Below, piece after piece: positions 30,835 through 40,745 of a stretch of DNA of 64,000 nt. The stretch is from Candidatus Latescibacterota bacterium (lineage in GTDB: Bacteria; Latescibacterota; CBDEFO01). The notes beneath the pieces were generated by a model. The model did not search any database. It saw only the letters and a program-made list of their open reading frames with translations, and was not told the origin of the DNA. Location: the NCBI GenBank assembly GCA_965248755.1, contig OZ252149.1:4000001-4064000 (forward strand), written 5' to 3'. The position numbers and the translations under genes are program-made. The first letter of the stretch is position 1, and every line of letters starts with the position of its first letter.

Positions 30835-31979
30835 TCCAAGGCTACTCGAATCCTGTAAAGATAAGAATCGGGCGCGGTTCACTGAGAGAGCTTTCAGAAC
30901 TCTTGGCGAATCGAACCGCCCTTTTGGTAACGACACCGGGCATGGTAAAAAGAGGTGTTGCTTCTAGGATACAGGAGTTATGCAAGGATAAGCTCTTGCA
31001 CGTTACTGCCGAAGTTACACCTAATCCGACAATTGCGTCGATCAATAGATGCTTTCGTGAGGTGAAAAACTATAATTATGATGTAATAATTGGCTTGGGT
31101 GGAGGAAGCGTACTAGACACAGCAAAGGGAGTTTCCCTACTCTCCAGCTGTTCAGTGGATCAGGATTGGCTTGATGCCCATTTACGTCATAATAAGGAGA
31201 AGTCTGAGGTTCACGTATCAAAGCCGATTATAGCTATACCGACGACCTCCGGAACCGGTTCAGAAGTAACACAATGGGCAACTGTCTGGGATGATGTATC
31301 AGGAACTAAATATTCACTTTCTGATGAAGGATTATATCCGGAATGGGCCTTTCTTGATTCAGAGTTAACAGATTCATTGCCTTATGAAACTACACTCTTT
31401 ACCGCTCTTGATGCATTATCTCAGGCTATGGAAGCAATTTGGAACAAAAATGCCAACCCGGTTTCTGATGTGTTGGCTGCAAAAGCAATTGCTATCTCAA
31501 TATCTGTTTTGGTTGATGATTTTAAGGAGAAATATACTCAGCAAGAGATGCGCGAAAAGCTACAACAAGCAAGTCTGTTGACAGGATTAGCCTTTAGTAA
31601 TACTAAGACTGCCTTGGCACATTCTATTTCTTATCCACTTACATCTAAGTTAAAAGTACCCCATGGCCTAGCGTGTAGCTTTACTCTACCTGAAATTATG
31701 CGAATTAATTACAAGCAAGACAAGCAAAGAGTGGGAATTGTCATTCAAGCCCTTGGGTGTTCTTTACTGGATGAAGCAGTAGAAGCACTATATAAAGCAT
31801 TTGTGAATGTAGGCATACCGGAATATCTTCAGCAGTTTATTGTGGATATATCTGATGTGACTACATTAGATGCTGAGTTTATAGCACCAGGCCGGGCAGA
31901 GAACAACATTACTCATGTCTCACAAAGTGATGCCATAGAGATTTTGCGATCAGCATTATCACTCTTAACGATCAATTGA
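30831..31979 (+). CDS. Phosphonoacetaldehyde reductase (Fe-ADH family)
   Basis: GLGGGSVLDTAK, IPTTSGTGSEVT, KYSL, TKTALAHSISYP, HGLAC; follows pepM/ppd. Confidence 0.85.
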   Translation: MIQGYSNPVKIRIGRGSLRELSELLANRTALLVTTPGMVKRGVASRIQELCKDKLLHVTAEVTPNPTIASINRCFREVKNYNYDVIIGLGGGSVLDTAKGVSLLSSCSVDQDWLDAHLRHNKEKSEVHVSKPIIAIPTTSGTGSEVTQWATVWDDVSGTKYSLSDEGLYPEWAFLDSELTDSLPYETTLFTALDALSQAMEAIWNKNANPVSDVLAAKAIAISISVLVDDFKEKYTQQEMREKLQQASLLTGLAFSNTKTALAHSISYPLTSKLKVPHGLACSFTLPEIMRINYKQDKQRVGIVIQALGCSLLDEAVEALYKAFVNVGIPEYLQQFIVDISDVTTLDAEFIAPGRAENNITHVSQSDAIEILRSALSLLTIN

Positions 31980-32092
31980 AATATGCCTGATGAAACAGAT
32001 TTCAACATAGGAATCCACAAAGCGTTTAAAAACAAAAGGGTGATTTACTCACGGACGCCTTGCAATTCCAGCTTTATAGAAATTAAAAACAG

Positions 32093-33535
32093 ATGAATAA
32101 AGATAAGAATCAAGTTCACAGTATGCTCAAAGACGTATATTACTCATTGATAATTACGTGTCTTCTCTTTGGCCGCCATTTCTTAATAATTAGCACACCG
32201 CGTAATGCATTTTACTATGGCCAAACATTAGAGGATTTTATTTCCGTTTGCGTCTACTTTTTCTTGGTTTTTTTAATTATCTCTTTCGTCTTTTTGTCAG
32301 TAAGAAAGTTTTTCCCAAAGCAATATAGGAAGATTGTATTTGCTACTTTATATATATCAATACTTCCCCTGTTGGATTTTATATTTTTAAATGTTTCTTC
32401 TCCTAAACCTAGATCTGAATTTGGTTGGTTTATATATCCTTTTGTCATATTTGCTTATATTCCAGTAATTATTTTAATTTCTTTTAAATATCAAATAGAG
32501 AAATATGGGGATAGGATTATCAAGATACTTCCATTTATTTGCATATTAATTATATATCACGTGATACCACGATCATTTAGTAAGAACGTTGTAGAGAATG
32601 AGTTTATTCCTCCAAGCAAACCTTCTATACCTATACATTTGATTATTTTTGATGGAACATCTTATGACGTTCTTAATGACCAAGATCTAAAACATTTATT
32701 TCCAAACCTTAATAGACTTTTTGCTAATGATAGTTTTGTTTTTGAAGATGCACATTCACCAGGGAGACGAACAACACTGTCAGTGCCTGCGTTATTGACA
32801 GGGATAGAATATGATCGATATCGCGAAGAAAATTTACAATTTCTTATTGCCCAATCCGAAGATCAAGATTACAAAAAGTTACCGATAGAAGGTTCATTAT
32901 TTCAAATTTCGAAGTCAAATGGGTACAACAATGTTTTGATCGGGTCTTATTTTCCGTATTGTAGTTTATTTGGAAAATATTTGACTTATGGAAGGTCATT
33001 CTCATCTTATTCAAGATTTTCTCAATTATTACCAGGGCCATTTACCTATCTGCTTTATATAGGCCCTCTTTATCATAGAGATATCAATCTAAACACGTTT
33101 AACCAATATTTATCAAGGATCGATTCATCACCACAGAATACATTTTTCTTGATTCACTTTCCTATTCCCCATGAACCTTTCATTTTTGATTCTCAGGGAT
33201 TCGTAGACCAATATGGGGAAGTGATTTTTAAAGGGTCAGCATATACACACAAAGAAAAATATGTGAAACAGCTAATGTTTGTTGATAAAAAAGCAGGAGA
33301 AATAGTTAAGAAACTAAAGGATAATAACATGTATGACAGGAGTATGATTATCATTACTTCGGACCATAACTTTAGAGGATATAACTATGATATGACAAAA
33401 ATACCTTTGTTTATTAAAGCTCCATTTCAAAAACGTCAACATCTTGTAAAAGAGAAAGTCAATACAATAAATCTTAAAAAGTTTCTATCTTCATTCTTTG
33501 AATCAAATATTGTCGATATAAGGAAATTAGAATAA
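32093..33535 (+). CDS. Membrane-anchored sulfatase/alkaline-phosphatase-superfamily protein
   Basis: About five N-terminal TM helices, HLIIFDG, TTLSVP, HFPIPHEPF, IITSDH, IPLFIK. Confidence 0.75.
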   Translation: MNKDKNQVHSMLKDVYYSLIITCLLFGRHFLIISTPRNAFYYGQTLEDFISVCVYFFLVFLIISFVFLSVRKFFPKQYRKIVFATLYISILPLLDFIFLNVSSPKPRSEFGWFIYPFVIFAYIPVIILISFKYQIEKYGDRIIKILPFICILIIYHVIPRSFSKNVVENEFIPPSKPSIPIHLIIFDGTSYDVLNDQDLKHLFPNLNRLFANDSFVFEDAHSPGRRTTLSVPALLTGIEYDRYREENLQFLIAQSEDQDYKKLPIEGSLFQISKSNGYNNVLIGSYFPYCSLFGKYLTYGRSFSSYSRFSQLLPGPFTYLLYIGPLYHRDINLNTFNQYLSRIDSSPQNTFFLIHFPIPHEPFIFDSQGFVDQYGEVIFKGSAYTHKEKYVKQLMFVDKKAGEIVKKLKDNNMYDRSMIIITSDHNFRGYNYDMTKIPLFIKAPFQKRQHLVKEKVNTINLKKFLSSFFESNIVDIRKLE

Positions 33536-33579
33536 AAAGAGGGACTCTTCTCCAAATTTAGTAGTAGAGGTTTGATGCT

Positions 33580-33682
33580 TACCAGAGCTTTCGGGATCTT
33601 CATTCATGGGATAGCACCTGCAAGAGAATACGTGATATACTGAACGGATTGGCTGGAGCGGCTTAAAAGGAGAATAGACATA
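33580..33682 (+). repeat. Diverged copy of GT4 3' end and downstream spacer (25588-25690)
   Basis: tacca.agc.ttcgggat.ttcattc.tgggata...gattggctg..gcgg.ttaa.agga...tagacata shared. Confidence 0.75.
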
Positions 33683-34123
33683 ATTAATGATGCTTGAGAC
33701 GAATAAGAGCAAACTGATAGATATGAGGGACTTCCAGTCTAAATCGTTCAAAGGTATATACGAGGAAATGTTGCAGATTCACCAACGATTTCAACCCGCT
33801 TGGCTTAGGCTGATGCTTAAAACTGAAACTTTGCGGTCAAGGCTTCGGCACAGAATAGAACTTGTCGGGACTCGGAGATGGGAGTATGCGTGGGGAATAC
33901 TGAGCGCTGATCTTGAGGATGGACTGCGTGTATTGGATGCTGGATGCGGGGGATCTCCATTCCTGATATACCTTGCAAAGAGGGAATATGAATGTTTCGG
34001 CATAGACCCCGGTAAGGAATGAAAGTATAAGCGAACTCGGAATCTACAGGTTTATGAGGCGAGAGATTGTATCTGAGATGAGGATTGTGGACGAGCAATC
34101 AGAAATGGAGCGTGTCCTATTTC

Positions 34124-34611
34124 TTATAGAAATTAAAAACAGATGAATAAAGATAAGAATCAAGTTCACAGTATGCTCAAAGACGTATATTACTCATTGA
34201 TAATTACGTGTCTTCTCTTTGGCCGCCATTTCTTAATAATTAGCACACCGCATAATGCATTTTACTATGGCCAAACATTAGAGGATTTTATTTCCGTTTG
34301 CGTCTACTTTTTCTTGGTTTTTTTAATTATCTCTTTCGTCTTTTTGTCAGTAAGAAAGTTTTTCCCAAAGCAATATAGGAAGATTGTATTTGCTACTTTA
34401 TATATATCAATACTTCCCCTGTTGGATTTTATATTTTTAAATGTTTCTTCTCCTAAACCTAGATCTGAATTTGGTTGGTTTATATATCCTTTTGTCATAT
34501 TTGCTTATATTCCAGTAATTATTCTAATTTCTTTTAAATATCAAATAGAGAAATATGGGGAGAGGATTATCAATATACTTTCATTTATTTGCATATTAAT
34601 TATATATCACG
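34124..34611 (+). repeat. Near-identical duplicate of 32074-32561 (sulfatase-like 5' end), truncated by IS3 copy 4
   Basis: 488 bp with only a handful of substitutions. Confidence 0.92.
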
Positions 34612-35899
34612 CATACCGCTCCCCTTGACAGGGCGACAAATATTTTGCAAATTGGGGTTTGAGAAAGGAGGTCAAGGTGTCAAGCCCCGAAGTGAAAGAT
34701 GGTAAGCGCTGGACGGCGACCCGTAAGGTAGAGGTGGTGTTGGCTGTTTTGAAAGGAGCGAATGTATCAGAGGTGTGTTGGAAGAATGGAATTAGCCAGT
34801 CACAGGCGTATGCTTGGCGTGATAGTTTCTTGGAAGGAGGCCAGGAGAGTCTGAAGTCTCGGCGTGGTCGCAAGGATGCGAAGGAGCGGGAGGTCAGCCG
34901 GTTGGAGCGTAAGGTAGGGCACTTAACCCTCCAGTTGGAGATACTCGAGGAGGTAGCCCGTCTAAAAAAAACGAAGCGGTTGCCTTGAGTGGGCGGTTTT
35001 TGGGTCGAGGCTATTCCCGGAAGGTGGTAGCTTTGGCTTTGGGTTTGCATCGTTCGACTCTGTGTAGGCTTAGGTATAGAGGTGTCAGTTCTTCTGTCGA
35101 AGAGTCTGTGATAGATGAACAGCTTGCTTTTCGTATTCGAGGGATACTCGACCAAGAAGAGGCATTTGGTCACAGGCGGGTTTGGGCGCATCTTCGTTTC
35201 AAGGAAGGGGCATATGTCAACATCAAGAAGGTTCATAGGATAATGAAGCTTAAGGGGTGGCAGTGTAAGCTGTGGAATCCCCGATAGAATCAATCGGGGA
35301 CCCCGGGAGAAAGGGGCCACAGGTTGCCCAGAAGCGTTCTGTGATGGATCGTCCTGACAGTCTCTGGTCGGCTGACTTGACCAAGATCTATTGTGGGGAA
35401 GATGGTTGGTGTCCTCTTATTGCGGTGGTGGACAACGGGAGTCGGGAGGTTCCCCGGGTATCGTTTTAGTCGAAAAGGGAGGGCACTGGAGGCCACAGAT
35501 GCCCTGGATCGGGCCGTGATCTCTCGATACACTTCCTAAGGAGGCTGTCCCCCAGGGTCTCACTTTGCGCTCTGACAACGGCTCCATCTTTTTGTCTCGG
35601 ACCTATTTGGCAAGTACCGAATATTGGGACATTCGTCAAGAATATATTCCGAGCGGAAAGGCCGATTGGAACGGGGTCATAGAACGTTTTTTCAGGACCC
35701 TCAAGCAGGAGTGTGTGTGGCTTCACAATTTCAAGTCCTTTGAACAAGCTGAGAAGATCATATCTCAGTGGATCGATAATTACAACAAGAACTGGCTTCA
35801 TTCATCTCTGGGATACAAGACCCCGGAAGAGTGGAGAAAACAATTTTATCTGCTACCCCAAGTTGCTTAATTGATGTCGCTTTTCTGGGGGGCAGTACA
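34612..35899 (+). mobile_element. IS3-family copy 4: mosaic, with hairpin insertion and broken OrfB; no TSD
   Basis: OrfA 34659-34988 intact; OrfB fragmented; flanks CACG and CATA. Confidence 0.88.
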
Positions 35900-36207
35900 C
35901 ATATCCCAAAAGAAAAATGGTCTGCCTGCATAGAGCAACTAATCAGAGTCGTGCGCCCAAGTGGAAAGCTCATAATCACTCTTGATATGTCCTCTGCTGA
36001 TGTTAATGCATACAAAGACATCATTCGATACAGCAGATTAAAATTTCCGGTCGATATAGATCATTCAACGCCTGCTAATATCAGACATCCCGATTGGACG
36101 TATGAGACTGTCGGTCTGGTTATGACGAAAGAAAAAGAGTAATAACGTAGCATGATGTCCCCAATAACATAGAAAGGATGTACTGCTTCCCAGGAAAGCG
36201 ACACCAA

Positions 36208-37071
36208 TTAAGCAACCTGGGGTAGTAGATAAAATTGTTTTCTCCACTCTTTTGGGGTCTTATATCCCAGGGATGAATGAAGCCTGTTCTTGTTGTAATT
36301 ATCGATCCACTGAGATATGATCTTCTCAGCCTGTTCAAAGGATTCAAACTTGTGAAGCCAAACACACTCTTGCTTGAGGGTCCTGAAAAAACGCTCTACA
36401 ACACCGTTCCAATCGGGTTTACCACTTGGTATGTATTCCTGACGAATTCCCCAATATTCGGTACTGGCCAAATAGGCCCGAGCCAAAAAGATGGAACCAT
36501 TGTCAGAGCGCAAAGTGAGACCCTGGGGGACAGCCTCCTTGGAAGTGTATCGAGAGATCACGGCCCGATCCAGGGCATCTGTGGCCTCCAGTGCCCTCCC
36601 TTTTCGACTAAAACGATACCCAGGAACCTCCCGGCTTCCGTTGTCCACCACCGCAATAAGAGGACACCAACCATCTTTTCCACAGTAAATCTTTGTCAAG
36701 TCACTCGACCACAAACTGTCGGGACTATCCACCACAGAACGCTTCTGGGCAACCTGTGGCCCCTTTCTCCCGGGACGATTCCACAGCTTACACTGCCACC
36801 CCTTAAGCTTCATTATCCTATGAACCTTCTTAACGTTGACACATTCCCCTTCCTTGAAACGAAGATGCGCCCAAACCCGCCTGTGACCAAATGCCTCTTC
36901 TTGGTCCAGTATCCCTCGAATACGAAAAGCAAGCTCCTCATCTATCACAGGCTCTTTAACAGAAGAACTGACACCTCTATCCCTAAACCTATACAGAGTC
37001 GAACGATGCAAACCCAAAGCCAAAGCTACCACCTTGCGGGAATAGCCTCGACCCAAAAACCGCCCACTCAA
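36208..37071 (-). CDS. IS3 transposase OrfB
   Basis: DDE core. Confidence 0.9.
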   Translation of the reverse strand: MSGRFLGRGYSRKVVALALGLHRSTLYRFRDRGVSSSVKEPVIDEELAFRIRGILDQEEAFGHRRVWAHLRFKEGECVNVKKVHRIMKLKGWQCKLWNRPGRKGPQVAQKRSVVDSPDSLWSSDLTKIYCGKDGWCPLIAVVDNGSREVPGYRFSRKGRALEATDALDRAVISRYTSKEAVPQGLTLRSDNGSIFLARAYLASTEYWGIRQEYIPSGKPDWNGVVERFFRTLKQECVWLHKFESFEQAEKIISQWIDNYNKNRLHSSLGYKTPKEWRKQFYLLPQVA

Positions 37072-37397
37072 GGCAACCGCTTCGTTTTTTTTAGACGGGC
37101 TACCTCTTCGAGTATCTCCAACTGGAGCGTCAACTGCCCTACCTTGCGCTCCAACCGGCTAACCTCTCGCTCCTTCGGATCCTTGCGACCACGCCGAGAC
37201 TTCAGACTCTCCTGGCCCCCTTCTAAGAAACTATCACGCCAAGCATACGCCTGCGACTGGCTAATTCCATTCTTACGACACACCTCAGATAGATCTGCTC
37301 CTCTCAAAAGAGCCAACACAATCTCTCCCTTACGGGTCGCCGTCCAGCGCTTACCATCTTTCACTTCGGGGCTCGACACCTTGACCTCCCTTCTCAA
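37068..37397 (-). CDS. IS3 OrfA
   Basis: HTH. Confidence 0.85.
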   Translation of the reverse strand: MRREVKVSSPEVKDGKRWTATRKGEIVLALLRGADLSEVCRKNGISQSQAYAWRDSFLEGGQESLKSRRGRKDPKEREVSRLERKVGQLTLQLEILEEVARLKKTKRLP

Positions 37398-37456
37398 ACC
37401 CCAATTTGCGAAATATTTGTCGCTCTGTCAAGGGGAGCGGTATGAGGACTACATAA

Positions 37457-38467
37457 ATGGACAAAAGCCGTGTGATCATAAGGTCTGTCAAAGATAGAAA
37501 GCTGGACGATGTCGTCGAGGAGATTTTGGAGTTTTGTAATTGGAGGGATATTGTTTCAAAGGACTCCAAAGTAGTGGTCAAACCGAATTTATGCGCGGCC
37601 GACAAGAAAGTAATGCCCGCCGCGAACGTCTCTCCTGAGCTGGTAGCTTCAGTTTGTAAGATTATAAGTACTAAGACTAAACATATATTCATCGGGGAAT
37701 CGGACGGAATGCGGCACAAGGCTGAGGAGGCTCTGGAAAATTCTGGAATGTATAAGATAGCTGATGAATTGGGTATAAAGACTATAGACTTTTCCAAAGA
37801 TGAGTTAGTTCCGGTCGACGTTGGGATTCTGGAAGGTTGGAAGATGTCCAAGACTCTCCTTGAGGCGGATGTGGTGGTGACTTTGCCCACTTTGAAGACC
37901 CATGCAAGTTTCGTGTTCACAGGGGCTATGAAGAATCAGTGGGGCTGTATACCCAGATACGACCGCTGTCTTTTGCACCACCATTTCCACAGGGTAGTCA
38001 ACGATATAAACCGGCTGTTCAAGCCGCAAATAGCGGTGATGGACGGGATTATGGCTATGGAAGGCAGGGGGCCTGCCATGGGGAATCCCGTGAGGATGGA
38101 TCTGCTTTTGGGATCCAACGATGTTGTAGCCATAGATGCTACGGCTATGAGGCTGATAGGTTTGGATCCGTACAGCGCCCGTTATATCGCTTTGGCCCAA
38201 GAGGAAGGTCTCGGTCAAGTGGCTGACGATACGATAGTCGTAGATGGTGACTTTGAACGTTTCAAGACTGTATTTAAACCTGGGGAGTACGATTGGGCCT
38301 TGAAGACCATGACACTCGTAAATAGGTCATATTTTCTCACGCACTATCTTGTTATGGTTGACACGATCTTTTATCCTATAAGGAAAGTAGTAATTATGAT
38401 GCGCAAGATAGTAGCGGCGGTCAAGAACCTCCGGACGTTGAGACCGTCCTGGGGAAGCAGGACATAG
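37457..38467 (+). CDS. DUF362 domain protein
   Basis: VVVKPN, IGES, LPTLKTH, TGAMKNQWG, MDGIMAMEGRGP, DVVAIDA. Confidence 0.85.
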   Translation: MDKSRVIIRSVKDRKLDDVVEEILEFCNWRDIVSKDSKVVVKPNLCAADKKVMPAANVSPELVASVCKIISTKTKHIFIGESDGMRHKAEEALENSGMYKIADELGIKTIDFSKDELVPVDVGILEGWKMSKTLLEADVVVTLPTLKTHASFVFTGAMKNQWGCIPRYDRCLLHHHFHRVVNDINRLFKPQIAVMDGIMAMEGRGPAMGNPVRMDLLLGSNDVVAIDATAMRLIGLDPYSARYIALAQEEGLGQVADDTIVVDGDFERFKTVFKPGEYDWALKTMTLVNRSYFLTHYLVMVDTIFYPIRKVVIMMRKIVAAVKNLRTLRPSWGSRT

Positions 38468-38497
38468 ATTCTTGCTACGACGGTGTAGGAGAGTGTC

Positions 38498-39703
38498 TTG
38501 AAGAAGATACGAATAGCTCAGATTGTCCACAGCCTTACTCTCGGCGGGGGAATACAACACGTGGTGTATTCCGTAGTCAAAAAGCTGGACAGAAAGAAAT
38601 ATGAGGTTATAGTCTGCTGTATAGCTGGACGAGGAGAATTAGCCGATGAGTTAGAAAAGATAGGAATAGAAGTAATTGTGTTGAGCGGAAAGAGTTCTCT
38701 CAGTCCCCTTAACGCTCCCAAGAATCTTATGGCGATTTGGCAGCTGACTAAAACGTTGAGAGATAGAAGAATACAGGTAGTAGAGACGCACGATTTCTAT
38801 TCGGGGGCTTTGGGCAGAATCGCAGCCCTCTTAGCAAAAGTTCCTGTTGTTCTCTGGATGATTCACAGCAGGGATAGTTGGAAGGGGAGTGGACACATTG
38901 TAGTAGATAGGGTTCTGTCCAGATATACTGACAGGATTATTACTAACTCCAAGATGGTCAAGAAGTTTACGTCCAGTTTTGAAAATCTAGAAGCCTGTAG
39001 ATTTACAGTCATCTATAATGGAGTAGATTTGAGTCTGTTCGGTAATGGGATTGATCTCGCTGCCGAAAGAAAGGACTTAGGGGTGGAGGGAGCTTCTCCC
39101 GTGATCTGTTCAGTTGGGCGTCTCATACCAGAGAAGGGATATAGCTATCTGGTTGAGGCTATGTCAGAGGTCGTAAACACATTTCCGAAGGCAAAACTGC
39201 TCATTATCGGCGACGACAGCGAGTTTGAAGAGTCCTCAAAAGGGGTGTTGAAAGATCTCATTCTTGAGTTGAACCTCTCTGACAGCGTGAGTCTTTTAGG
39301 GTGGAGGAAGGATGTTCCTCAAATACTTAGCATATCAGATATTTTTGTGCTCCCCTCGCTGAGAGAAGGATTCGGATTAGCTATAGCTGAGGCTATGGCA
39401 GCCGAAAAACCTGTTATAGCCTGTGACATAGATGCGATACCAGAGATAGTAGAAGACGGGAAAGCAGGTATTCTGGTCCCGATTAAAGACTCAGATGCCC
39501 TTGCCGGGGCTATTTTATACCTGCTGCGCAATCCTCACAAGGCAACGCAAATGGGAAATTGGGGAAGAGAAAGAGTAGAGCGATATTTCTCTGATGAAGT
39601 TATGGTCAGCAATCGGATGAAACTCTACGATTCTTTGATCTCCAAAAGAATAGATAAGTTGAAGAACACGCCCAGCTTTTCAAAGGATACCTACTTTAGA
39701 TGA
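38498..39703 (+). CDS. GT4 glycosyltransferase
   Basis: LGGG, IYNGVD, VGRLIPEKG, EGFGLAIAEAMA. Confidence 0.9.
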   Translation: MKKIRIAQIVHSLTLGGGIQHVVYSVVKKLDRKKYEVIVCCIAGRGELADELEKIGIEVIVLSGKSSLSPLNAPKNLMAIWQLTKTLRDRRIQVVETHDFYSGALGRIAALLAKVPVVLWMIHSRDSWKGSGHIVVDRVLSRYTDRIITNSKMVKKFTSSFENLEACRFTVIYNGVDLSLFGNGIDLAAERKDLGVEGASPVICSVGRLIPEKGYSYLVEAMSEVVNTFPKAKLLIIGDDSEFEESSKGVLKDLILELNLSDSVSLLGWRKDVPQILSISDIFVLPSLREGFGLAIAEAMAAEKPVIACDIDAIPEIVEDGKAGILVPIKDSDALAGAILYLLRNPHKATQMGNWGRERVERYFSDEVMVSNRMKLYDSLISKRIDKLKNTPSFSKDTYFR

Positions 39704-40689
39704 TAATAACTAGGGCGCCTTTTCGTATTCCGTTAGGAGGGGGAGGTACAGATCTCCCTTCGTATTACTCCCAATATGGCGGATTTATCCTGAGTGTGGC
39801 TATAGACAAGTACGTGTATATCAACCTGAATAGACTTAAAATAGAGGACTTTATCAGGGTGAAGTACTCCAAGACGGAGTTGGTGAATTCCGCCAGCCAA
39901 ATAGAACATCCCCTTCTGAGGGAAGCTCTAAAATTAACAGGGATAGACGGCGGATTGGAGATAGCGTCTATGGCTGACATCCCTGCCGGTACGGGAATGG
40001 GATCGTCAGGGAGTTTTCTGGTCTCTATTTTGACTGCTCTTCACGCCTTCAAAAGGGATCATATCTCGATTCAGGATCTGGCCGAGGAGGCATGCACGAT
40101 AGAAATAGATATTGTGGGACAGCCTGCAGGTAAGCAGGATCAATATGTAGCTGCATTTGGAGGCATAGTCTGCATGGACATCCAGACAGATGGAAAGGTC
40201 GAGGTAGGGCAGCTCAGAATCTCTTCTCACGACTTAGATGAATTGAAAAATGGCATCCTGTTGTTCTACACGGAAATACTGAGAGAGAGCTTCGATATAT
40301 TAGGAGAACAAAAGAAGGATACTGACAAGGGCGACAAAAACGTACTCGAGAGCCTGCACGTTACAAAGGAGATAGGACAGGAGATCAGAAGCGCTATCCA
40401 GAGCGGAGATTTTAAGAGATTCGGCGAACTCTTGGATCTGCACTGGCAGAACAAGAAGAAGCGTTCGGGGAAAATCTCTGATCCCAGGGTAGACCGGTGG
40501 TATCAAATTGCCAAAGACAACGGTGCCCTGGGCGGCAAGCTTATGGGAGCGGGTGGAGGTGGCTTTTTGATGTTCTACTGTCCCAACGACTGCAAGCGGG
40601 ATGTGAGAGGGGCTATGGCAGATGAGGGTTTGAGGGAGATGAACTTCAACTTCGACTTTGAAGGGGCCAAAGTGCTGGTTAATTTTTAA
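39700..40689 (+). CDS. hddA: GHMP sugar-phosphate 1-kinase (HddA-like)
   Basis: RAPFRIPLGGGGTD, PAGTGMGSSG, GKQDQY, GGKLMGAGGGG. Confidence 0.85.
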   Translation: MIITRAPFRIPLGGGGTDLPSYYSQYGGFILSVAIDKYVYINLNRLKIEDFIRVKYSKTELVNSASQIEHPLLREALKLTGIDGGLEIASMADIPAGTGMGSSGSFLVSILTALHAFKRDHISIQDLAEEACTIEIDIVGQPAGKQDQYVAAFGGIVCMDIQTDGKVEVGQLRISSHDLDELKNGILLFYTEILRESFDILGEQKKDTDKGDKNVLESLHVTKEIGQEIRSAIQSGDFKRFGELLDLHWQNKKKRSGKISDPRVDRWYQIAKDNGALGGKLMGAGGGGFLMFYCPNDCKRDVRGAMADEGLREMNFNFDFEGAKVLVNF

Positions 40690-40704
40690 AAGGAGATCAA
40701 ATAG

Positions 40705-40730
40705 CAGTAGACAGTAGTCAGTAGACAGGG
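40705..40730 (+). repeat. Heptamer array CAGTAGA/CAGTAGT
   Basis: cagtaga cagtagt cagtaga caggg. Confidence 0.6.
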
Positions 40731-40745
40731 AAAGGCAAGGATAAG

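Larger units (their letters stand above)
33687..36142 (+). pseudogene. SAM methyltransferase paralog of 7540-8355, split: N-terminus 33687-34022, C-terminus 35900-36142
   Basis: KSKLIDMRD...RRWEY.W...LDAGCGGSP, then HIPKEKWSAC...GLVMTKEKE after IS copy 4; middle missing. Confidence 0.8.
36179..37444 (-). mobile_element. IS3-family copy 5 with 4-bp TSD AGGA
   Basis: AGGA at 36175-36178 and 37445-37448, duplicating the RBS core of the next gene. Confidence 0.93.

Noticed and set aside
27340..31979. Phosphonate antibiotic cluster (fosfomycin/phosphinothricin type)
   Set aside because: No radical-SAM methyltransferase, epoxidase, HEP dioxygenase, NRPS or resistance kinase; flanked by glycan transferases
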